From: Cenococcum geophilum
Taxonomy: Eukaryota
Direction: 5' to 3'
NCBI GenBank assembly: GCA_050273025.1
Contig: CP158635.1
Coordinates: 27,094,001-27,158,000, forward strand
Length of the DNA stretch: 64,000 nt
Part shown: one piece after another, positions 53,997-64,000 of the stretch
How the letters are laid out: each line of letters starts with the position of its first letter
Numbering within the stretch: position 1 is the stretch's first letter
Notes under the pieces: generated by a model
Seen by the model: the letters and a program-made list of their open reading frames with translations, nothing else
Told to the model about the DNA's origin: nothing
Databases searched by the model: none
Translations under genes and position numbers: made by a program

Positions 53997-54099
53997 AAGT
54001 TAATACTATACGCTACACGTTATAGTGCACGGATTGCGCATTTGGCCGCCAAATGCCGCCAAATGCTGCGAAAATGCTGGTAAATTTTTTCCTAACGTA

Positions 54100-54642
54100 C
54101 GCTAGATTTACTATAGGACTAGTAAAGGTCAACTAAACTAGATCCTTATCTCTATATTAGGACAATCTTCTTCCTAAACTAAAGAACCTTAAAAAGCTAA
54201 GAAAGTATCTATTAACTACTAGCTTCTAAAAGGCTATAGAAAAAGAATACAATAACCTAAAACGCTAAGGGATATTTAAAATCATACTAAAGAAAGAGGT
54301 AAGCAATAAGCAGATCTTTTTACTAAAATAGGTCTTTAAATATAAGCTTAATAGCGATGGCTACCTATAAAAGCTTAAAGCTTAACTATGTGTCCGCGGA
54401 GACCTATAGATTACTAAAGAAGAGACCTATATGGTAACCCTAGCTACTTAAATATTCTGTGCCCTTATGGCTATAGTAGCCGCATTTAATTTGGAAATTT
54501 AAGAGTATAACGCCATAAACGCATTTATAAATACTAAGCTTAGTAAACTAGTATACTGCTACTGCCTAGAAGGATTTAATTAAAATGGACATATTCTAAA
54601 GCTACTTATAGCGCTATACGGACTAAAAATATTACCGCTACC
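54100..54642 (+). pseudogene. Fragment of a different Ty1/copia RT
   Basis: De-RIPed LPPEPKN, AMEKEY, PLKWVFKYKLDSDGYL.KLKARLCVRGDLQ, YDA.NAF.N, PEGF, ALYGLK. Truncated at both ends. Confidence 0.85.
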
Positions 54643-55051
54643 TTTTAGCTACTCTTAAATTGTATCTAAATTTCCTATTTTGGTATAGTCTCTGCCTTTA
54701 TTTTTGTCTTCTATAGCTTTAACTACACCGTTAAATCTAGGGGGGTATGTAACCGACTACTGGTGCTGTGCCGAGATATAAGGCTGTAGCCTAGAAGGCT
54801 CCAAGACAGCATTAGCACTACCTTTATATACCTCGCATACCTCGTATATGGCTCAAATGAGTTAAAGATTAAGTCATAAACCCTACGGTTAAGCCTCTAT
54901 ATTTATGTATATATTTTACCTAATTTCCATAGATTTATAATTAAGTCGTTTACTTAATTCTCCTACGCTGCAAAGCTTACACTCAGACATATTCTAGCTG
55001 CTTAAGTTAGCTCTATAAACCCTCCCTAAGCTGCCTATAACATTCCTGACA
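54643..55051 (+). mobile_element. 3' end of a gypsy-type element: PPT plus ~304-bp LTR (54748-55051)
   Basis: ctaggggggta directly precedes TGTAAC at 54748. Plausible TGACA end at 55051. No partner LTR in the window. Confidence 0.6.
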
Positions 55052-55334
55052 AGCTTATTAAGTAGGGCCTCGAAATATTTCTAATGCGTAGATTTTAAAT
55101 ATTTATAGCTTTTATATCAGTTATAAAATTTAATAGACTATTTAAAGGCTAAAATATTTATAATAAAATGTTTTTTCTATTTAAAGAGACTCCGCTAGCC
55201 CTGCTAACTCTATATAGAATTAGTTAATTATAAGGGGACTTTATAAATAGGGGGCTATAAAGGCATAATTATGGAATAGGCTAAATTGGTAAAAGAGAGG
55301 AATCCTTAAAGAGGTAATATAATAAAGCCTTATA

Positions 55335-58300
55335 GGAAATACTATGGTGGATTTGTTAATAGACTAGGTATATAGGTATAGGTTAAGTTAATAATGTAAA
55401 TATAACTAGTGGAGTAGGTTACCTAATAGATTAACTCTAATTATATTTTAAGATTTATTATAAAGAAGAGAACTATCTGGGTAGGAACTGTAGTCCTTTA
55501 AATATATAATACTATGCCTAAGAAATATACTAAGTACGTTAGTACGTTAGTATGTCAGTATATTACTGTTTGTACTAACTTAATAGCACAAGTAAGTCGT
55601 ATCCACGGGCACGAAATACGTGTAGTATCGTATGCTTGTTTAGATAGTGACTGTTAATTCTATTAAGGTAGACTACGTAGTCTATATACTAACGCGCCTC
55701 CCCCCTAATTAGTCAGCACGTAGGTGGTTAGTGCACAAACGCGTATTTACATATTTGTATACTAGGTGCTATAATTATACACTAGCGGTACTTAGAAAAT
55801 AAAACTACTTATATATAGCCTCTGTAATTGCCTTAATAGAACTATAAAATATATAAGAAAATATATAGGAAACTCCTCCCGAGGTGCCTTTTGGGCTGCC
55901 TTCCAAACGGTGCCCTAAGCTGGCCGTAAGTCCTGCTTACGGTCCATAAAATAAACTATACGGCCTTTTAATAGGCAGTAAACGAGCCATAAGTTAGATC
56001 TTAAGGGCCGCTAAGACGCTAGTGCTAAGCGAGCTAATAGCAATTTTCCGTGCCCGGCATAGAAAATTATAATTAGTGGATTTAACTACTGTGGCAAAAT
56101 ATAGCAGAATTTGGTAGGTTATATAAGTCTACTAAGTTTTATTATAGCTTTCTACCGTTTTTTACCTAATAGCTTACGGTCTATAGAATAGGCCGTATAA
56201 TAAGCCGTACGGCCTTTTAATAGGCCGTAGGCGTACTATAGGTACTCTATTAGTCCCGTTCTACCTATTCTATAACTTTTAGGTTAAGCTTATTTATATT
56301 AATTAGGGTTTTAAGGGCTTAATACGGCTTTACCTTAGTTATAGCGTCTACTAGGTTATTTCCGCCGCCAATTTATTTAACCTCTATAATTTTACGTTAT
56401 TTATAGGCCTAATATAAGCACATTAGGTTAACCATAAGCCTCTTCTCTTATATCGTACCTAGTTTAACTAGGCAGTTATAGAGGGACTTTAAATTAGTAT
56501 ATAAAACTAGGGGTAACTGCTCTAGTTATAGAATCTTCTAGACCGTTAATTTAATTGCGGCTGCTATATTAAAGCCATAAGCTAGTATATATAGTTTAAA
56601 GGCTAGTATACTGCGGGTTACTTATTTATACTTAATTAAAGACCAGTACAGTATATTTATATCCTAATTATGGTCTATAAGTATAATTACAAAGCCGATT
56701 TATAATAATAGGTCCCTATTATTAGTAAAGGAGGCGTTTATAAATGCTAGTAAGCTAAAGGAACTTAGGTCTAGTGGTATAAAAGTAAGTCCCCTTGCTA
56801 TATTATTAATTTGCCACTAAATACGCTTATTAAGCTGCTTAATATTTTCTTCTTACGGATCTACTGCCTAGGCCATAAAGAATAAATTATAGGTAGATTT
56901 GGGTTAATAGACTATAGCAATATAGGCGCCTCTTACACACTGTATAACGTATTAGTCCTTTATATTTATGGTTTTACAGGTCTCTTTATAGGAGCTAGTA
57001 AGGTCCATAGGCTTTACTATAACAGGCTTTAGGTTTTAAGCTTAACGTTCCTAAGTTAGCTTAATTAAGTTACCCTTTTATATAATTAGGCCTCTATTAA
57101 ACTTAATTAGATTCTACTTAGTTAACTACTCTTACGGCTTTACTAAGAACTTAGCCTTTTATAGTTTAGTTTCTTCAGCGTCTATAAAGGTCTAATCTGT
57201 TAGGAATAGGGTATTATCTGTTTAAAGTCTAATAATACTAAGGCCGTTTAATAGGCTGTATAGGAGGTAGGGGTTATAGGTCAACTGTTCTATTTTAAGT
57301 TTACTAACATAGTGCTAGTAGTATATCTTAAACCAGTGGTTTCTAGCTTCTAGTACCTTATAAAGAGGTTTTATAACCTATAAAATTGTTCCTAGTTATA
57401 GGTTAAGCTTATAGGGTAGTTATATAAAGATGTCCCTACTTAGGTAGGTATTTAACTGTATGTAAGCTTATAAGATATCCCATAAGTAGAGGGCTACAGG
57501 TTTAGTTTGCTATAGTCTAGGCATAAGTATAAGTATAATCCGTTAACTAACTTATTAAATTATAGGTAATTACGTAAGGACTAGGTCCTTTCCCTAGTTA
57601 TTATAAGCTTATATAATAAGCCTTAATTTCTTAAAAGCTTTGTTAGTACTAGGGTGCTTAATCTTATTAATAAAGTATAAGTTAAATATATAGACGCCTT
57701 ACGGAACATCTTTTTCTATTATAACCATAAAGACGCCCTTTTTAAATAGTCCGTTAATCTCTTTACGCCGTAAGTCCGTAAAAGGGGTTTCCTATACTAG
57801 GACTAATATATCTATAGGCGGAGATTGTCTTACGGATATGCCTATGGAGGTTAGGTAATTCTTTATTATAGGGTTCTTAGTTATAGGATACTTTTAGGGG
57901 CGTCCTTAGCTACGCTTTATGGTAGGTTTAGTAGGTTTAGTAAGTTCCTAGGGGACTTCTAAGGTAGGTAGGGGTACTTCTAGTTTATCTAGTTTGGCGG
58001 GTGCTTCCGGTTCGTCTAGTTTAACATTATAGGTGTTTTTAGATCGAAAGTAAGGTTTTACGGACGTGCTTCTAAAGCTAGTTGGCCCGCTAGGAAGCTA
58101 TATATAGCACGTCTCGTTTTCTATAGCTAGTAGGCGATAGGGTCTATTCTAGCTGCTGCTTTTACGCTATATAAGAACTTTAGAGTTAAGCGGGAGGTTA
58201 TATACTAAGGTCGTATTAGGTCTATTGCGGTAGTATAGGGCGTTATTAATAGTTTATTTGGCCTGTAATTTAACTATTTCGGCCATTGCCTTCTATATTA

Positions 58301-61300
58301 TAGCTGCTCGTTCCGTAATAAACGGGGTAAGGGGGCCTAGGTTGCTTATCCTTAGGTAGGCTCCGTAAACTAAGAGGGTGGGTACTAGTCTGTTAGGGCT
58401 AGCGGTGTTATTAACGGCTTTTACGGCCATCTGTAAAGCCAGTTCCTTTTAAATATCCTTATACTTATCTATAATAATCTAATAAGCTCTTTATAGAGCT
58501 AGGTAAGCTTACTTAATAAGCCTAATAAACTAATACGCCTTAACTGGAATAGCTTTTGTTAATATAGCTATAGCCGTAATATACTACTAGAATTTCTTAC
58601 TAATAAAGTTCTTACCGGCGTCGTAGGTAATATACTTAGGAGGTTTAACGTACGTATTAATCTAGCAGGTCCGTAAAATATCCTAAGTGTACTTTATAGA
58701 TATATTTTATAACTAACGGGCGGCTTAGTAGTGGGTTGCCTTGTTAATTATATATAATACTAGGCTACCGTTAATATACATAATGTCTACGTATACTAAG
58801 TGGTTAAAGTTAAGGTCCTTATAAAGGGTAAACTTAAATCGGCCTGGGGAACGTCCGTATTTCTAGCAAAAGGAGCAGTATTTAGTTAGGTAATTAACTG
58901 CCTTCCTATTAACGTCGTCGTGTCTAGAGCGTTTAAGGACTTTATATAGCTTTTCGGCTAATAGGTAGCCGAAATAGTAGTATAGACGGTGGATCTCTGT
59001 ACTAGTAAGGTAGCATAGGTTATAGTTAAAAGATTCCTAAATATAGGTCTATAAAGTCTCTCCCTATATAAGGAACAGGTGTCCAAATTATTATATAATT
59101 GGCAGGGTAATATACTTGCTTCCTAGGGCAGTTATAGGGCCGATTAAGGTGTCCGTAATATTGTTATAGTAAACCTATAACCTATCTATATCTATAAGGC
59201 AAAGTAAAAAAGGGGTGTCTGCTTTTACTATATGGAAGTTAACTAGGCTAATTAGGGTCTTAACTATAACTAATTTAATTAATGCAGTTAAGCTAATGCC
59301 AAATTAGACGTTTACGGCCCTAGTTTACGTAATATTAATGTCCGTATCGTTATTTATAGTAGTCCTATATGTAAGGTATTGTCCATAGCCTACAGTAGAC
59401 TTCTTAGAGGCGCCTATATCGATTATAACACCATAAAATTCCTTAGGGGTATAGCGTTCTGTGGTGATATATATAAATAGGTCCTGCTTATAATCTATAA
59501 CGTTCGTAACAGGGGTGCTTACGGAATAGTTTTTAGGCGTAACTAAGTATATAAAGAAACAGTTAGCTAATACGGTCGTAATATTAAAGGCTTAGCTATC
59601 TGTAAAAGGTCTAAAAGTAGTTAGGAACGTCTTTAGGGTCTCCTATTCCTAGTTATTTAGGTTAAAGTTAATTATAAGGGCTTCTATTAACTTATTAGGG
59701 GGCTCCTCTTCTTCCTTTCCTTTGTATTCTAAGATAAACTAGCTAATCCGTTTATTAAATCTCTTCTTAGACCTATTACGTTCTTCCTAGGTATACCTTA
59801 TAGACTAATATCCTTCCTTACTACACATAAAGCATTTCTGGCTTATTCGTCTATAGGGGTATACTTTTATACGGGGGTTGCTGCGGGGGTTATAGGTAGG
59901 ACTTAGTTGGTACAGGTACTGCTAGCGGTAGCGGCGGTCCGTAAAGTAGACGTCTAAGTCTATTTACGGATATTAAATATCTATAATAAAGGCTTAAGTG
60001 CTGCCTAGTGGGTTTAAGACTTTGTAGGTTATAATAGAGGAGCGTAGATCATTAATAAGGCCAGCTAAGGTATCTGCAGGCTTATAGTAGGCGTACTTGC
60101 AGGGCTCTACTTCCTAGCAGGCCGTAATAAGTTTATTATATAGAAAGTCGTCTATTTAAAGCTTAGCGTTAAGGCCGTGCTATAGGTGCCGGAGGTCTTT
60201 AATAAGAATTTGCAGGCACTCTATAGTCGATTTTTTAGTATTCTTGTTAATTATGGTCTATAGCTTAGTTGCATTCCATTAGGTAAGGATATCACGCCTA
60301 TATTCCGGTCCTTTAAAGTAGTTATAGGTAGCTTTATATAGCTTATTAAAGGGGACACTAAGGGGGTTACTCTTAAGGTTGGTGTAGTAGTAGTTAAGTA
60401 CTAGGCTGCGCAGTATGGTAGAGTAGGCTTAACTAAACTCTTATTTAGGAATATTGGCCTTCTAGCAAAGGTCCGTAAAGATAGTTAGTTTAAAGTTAAA
60501 ATTATTATTTTCACCGCTATATTTAGATTTATCGGTATAGAGCTTAGCTAGGTTAGCTAGCTCCTTACCATAGGTCTTTACTTAGGTAAGTTGCGGATCT
60601 ATAACTTATGGATTTATAGCTTGCGGATATATAGCTTATAGGTCTATAACTTAAATAGCAGGGGTAGTTTAGTCCGTATTTTAGTTTATAGGGGTATTAT
60701 AATCCGTAACTTAAGAGTAGGGTATATTTTAGCTAATAAGGTTAAGTCTAAAGCCGCTTAGGTTTATAGGACAAATTTAGTTAAGTAGGTTAGGTATAAG
60801 GCTAGCGATTACATTAAGTTTAGAAGAAGTAAAAAGTTCCTTAGTTTCTTAGAACTAGTCTAGGATTTCCTCTTTAGTCCATTCTATTTAGTCCTTCTTG
60901 TGTATTATATTGTACAAGGACTATATAACAGTAACTCGTTTATTTCTTTTAACCCATACACCTTAGTTATATAAAAGGGTTTATAGTTTATAGATAGTAA
61001 TAGGGTTATAGGCCTTAAGAATAGCTTCCATAAAGTCCGTAAAGTCTTCCTAGTATTACTCTTATAGGTCGTTATTTATAAGCTTAAAGTATTTATATTT
61101 AAGGATTTTAAAACTAATATAGTTATTAACGTTGTTTATAGACGTAACGTTGACTCCTTATCTCCACTTCTTTTAACCTTTACTAACTTGCTTGCTAATG
61201 TCTGCTATACTATAGTATAGTGTGGTGCGTAGCGGGTAGTAGCAGCTTGTAATAGGTGGGGGAGGTCTTATAACAGTCCATAAAATTAATTAATGGGTCT

Positions 61301-63655
61301 ATAATGGTTCGCAGGAGGGTAGGGGTTTTCTATAAAAGGTCCGAAGAGGTTTAAGGTTTAAGGGGGTTAAGGATAGGGGTTCTGTATAGGTCTATATTCG
61401 CGTCTATAACTTCTAGTAAACCGTACTAAGACTTAAATAAGTATACAGAGTTAGAGATAAGTCTGTAATCCCCAACTTCTAACCTTCTAGCAGGTTATAC
61501 TAGGAGTCTAAATAGGTAGTTACTGTCGTGTGTATTACTTAGGGGGAGGTATTAAGTAATTACTAATCTATGCGCGCTTACTAATCAGTGTTCGTACTAA
61601 CTTAATAGCACGAGTGAGTTGTATCCACGGGCACGAAATACGTATAGTATTGTATGCTTGTTTAGATGGTGACTGTCGATTCTATTAAGGTAAACTACGT
61701 GGTCTATATACTGACGCGCCTCCCCCCTAATTAGTTAGCACGTAGGTGGTTGGTGCACGAACGTGTATTTACGCGTTCGTATACCAGGTGCTGTAATTAT
61801 ACAATTACGTTCCTATATTCCCACGTTTTTATATTCTAAAACTATAACGTAACTAGCTATATAACTTAGCTACCCCTTATTTTATAACTTAATCGGTTCT
61901 AGTACCTCCTATACTATTTTACCTAATCTATTTAGATCTCTTTTTAGTAGCGCTACTACTGCTAATATAAGGTCCGTAATACTATTCCCCTCCTTTTTAT
62001 CTTTAAGTCGTTTATTAAAGGCATAGTATTCCTATTTTTAATTTAATAACCTTTATTATTTCTAATGCCTTTTATTAGATCCTTTATATTTAATTATTAA
62101 AATTAGCTAGTAACTATAATTTTTATAATTAGTAAAGTTATACTATCCTATTCTCGTTATATAGAGAAGAAGTTAGTATATATTATAATTGCGGCTCTAT
62201 TTAGTTACTAACCTTTTTTTTATACTAAGTATACGCGAGTAAATATACGGTTATCCTATAACATTTAATCTATCTCTAACGCTAAGTATATATATTTTGC
62301 GATTTTATATAATTGTCTTATACCTTATCTAATTTGGTATAAGGTCTTATATATTAAAAGTAACTAAAAAACTAAAGAGTAAACTATCTCTAGCTTTTGT
62401 TAAGGTTTAACGTTACTTTAATAAAGTATCTTAGACTCTAAATGCTTAGTTAGATACTTATATTTAATTAACCTATCTCTTAAAGGTTTATAAAAAAGTA
62501 CGCTTAAAGGAGTTACGTCTTATTAAATAAGGTTTAGCTAAGCTTAAGGCTAAAGAGACTAAAAAGAATTTTAATTAAAAAGAGGTGGAAATAACTTATA
62601 CTATAACAAAGCCTTGTAGGAAATACTACGGTAGACTTGTTAATAGGCTAGGTATATAGGTAAATAAGAAGTTAACAACGTAATAATAACTGGTGGAGTA
62701 GTTGCCTAATAGATTAACTTTAATTATATTCTAAGATTTACTATAAAGAAAAGAAACTATCTATAGAGACCGTGTGTCCTTAAATATATAACTCCTCCCC
62801 ATAGTAAAGGGTTTAGTACGTTAGTACGTTAGTACATTACGTCCCTATATTCCCACGTTCCTATATTCCGAACTTATAACGTAACTAGCTATATAACTTA
62901 GCTACCCTTTATTCTATAGCTTAATTAGTTCTAGCGCCTCCTATACTATCTTAACTAACCCGTTTATATCCACTCTTAGTAGTCGCACTACTGCCGATAT
63001 AAGGTCCGTAACACCATCCCCCTCCTCTTTATCTTTGTCCTTAAAGATATCCCTTATCTCTAAGTTATCTATTAAAGGTATAGCATTCCCATCTTTAATT
63101 TAATAACCTTTATTATTCCTAATACCTCCTATTAAATCTTTTATATCTAACCGTTATAACTAGCTAGTAACGTTTATTCTATTACTTAGTAAAGTTATAC
63201 CATCCTATTCTCGTTATACGAAGAAGAAGTTAGTATATATTATAATCGTAGCTCTATTTAGTTGCTAACCTTCTTCTTATACTAAGTATATATAAGCGAA
63301 TATACGGTTATCTTATAATTTTTAATCCGTCTTTAATGCTAAGTATATACGTCTTATTATTCTTTATAACCGTTTAGTTTTTTATCTAATTTATCCTAGG
63401 ATTATATATATTAGTAGCGGCCGAAAGACTAAAGGGCAAGCTAGCTAAGGCCCTTACTAAAGTTTAGCGTAGTTTTAATAAGGCGTCTTAGGCTCTAAAA
63501 GCTTAACTAGATGCTTATGCTCGCCTAAGCCATCTAGTAAAGGTGCGTAAAAAGGTGCGCTTAAAAGAGCTTCGCTTAGTAGAGTAAGGTTTATCTAAAC
63601 TTAAGGCTTAGGAGGCTAAAAAGGATTCTATTTAAGAAGAGGTGGAAATAATTTA
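55335..63655 (-). repeat. Diverged tandem duplication of a ~1.05-kb unit (unit 1: 55335-55566 plus 61809-62600; unit 2: ~62620-63655), probably a RIPed gene
   Basis: gaaatacta.ggt.ga.ttgttaatag opens both units and aagaggtggaaataa closes both. A minus frame with RIP-type stops and repeated actaac branch-site-like motifs is present. Confidence 0.75.
55567..61803 (-). mobile_element. Ty1/copia LTR retrotransposon D (same family as A, uninterrupted)
   Basis: 215-bp LTRs at 55567-55781 and 61589-61803. TSD attac at 55562-55566 and 61804-61808. Collinear reverse complement of A lacking both the gypsy and the LINE. Confidence 0.96.
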
Positions 63656-64000
63656 TACGCTAGTAGTAGATCCCTTGGATAATTTGGCTCCCCTATTACT
63701 TTTAACTAATCCCTTTATTTTAGGCTTCTTCTTAATATTACCTAACCCGTTTTCTTCTAATACTTCTATACCTTTTCTATAGCATTTTTTAAATTCTATA
63801 GTGGTTCCTAGGTAGTTTTATTATAGCCTATCCACTTAACTTTATACTATATTTTATTATTAATGTCCTTATAACTAATAATCTTTAAAACTTATTATTT
63901 ATCTTCTTTTTATCCTCTATACGTGTCTACTTTATAGATTAGTGGCTTAATATTTCTATATACTGGCTCTAGTATTACAATATACTATATAGGGTAGATC

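Larger units (their letters stand above)
15976..54090 (+). mobile_element. Candidate giant Plavaka-type DNA transposon (~19 kb after removing nested inserts); ends tentative
   Basis: The backbone carries a Plavaka transposase plus four other RIPed genes. A 17-bp inverted match links 15976-15992 (aaaaaatttactagtat) and 54074-54090 (RC aaaaaatttaccagcat), differing only by two CA>TA changes. Tandem arrays lie near both ends. Confidence 0.5.

Noticed and set aside
15976..54090. Starship or Helitron interpretation of the cargo block
   Set aside because: I could not recognise a DUF3435 tyrosine recombinase or a Rep/HUH-Pif1 motif set. The SF1 helicase is Upf1-like, and the mobilising gene found is Plavaka.
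525..61803. Copia A and D as terminal inverted repeats of one composite element
   Set aside because: Each has its own distinct TSD (aataa and attac), so they are independent insertions.

Overview
This window is a fungal (ascomycete-type) heterochromatic transposon cluster, heavily mutated by repeat-induced point mutation (RIP; pervasive CpA>TpA and TpG>TpA changes). No intact gene is present, and the ORF track is mostly antisense or chance fragments. Target-site duplications (TSDs) delimit four full-length Ty1/copia elements (525-15343 +, 16339-22433 +, 33984-40071 -, 55567-61803 -), two chromodomain Ty3/gypsy elements (610-6640 -, 22836-29179 +), a 5'-truncated Tad1-like LINE (11310-13841), a young solo LTR, a candidate Harbinger-type MITE and a 250-bp TG..CA insertion. 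Removing these nested inserts from about 15976-54090 leaves roughly 19 kb of uniformly RIP-mutated backbone. It carries a SNF2-family ATPase, a zinc-knuckle plus Upf1/DNA2-like SF1 helicase, an unknown gene, a Plavaka transposase and a DUF6532-like gene, and it is bounded by RIP-degenerate inverted motifs and tandem repeats. This is a candidate giant cargo-carrying Plavaka (CACTA-related) DNA transposon. The copia elements also share a non-canonical primer-binding site and a conserved 3'-UTR hairpin module that may pair with a half tRNA-Arg. A separate 56-bp 3'-UTR motif is shared between copia and gypsy elements. All protein calls come from manual translation with mental RIP reversal; pseudogene boundaries are approximate.
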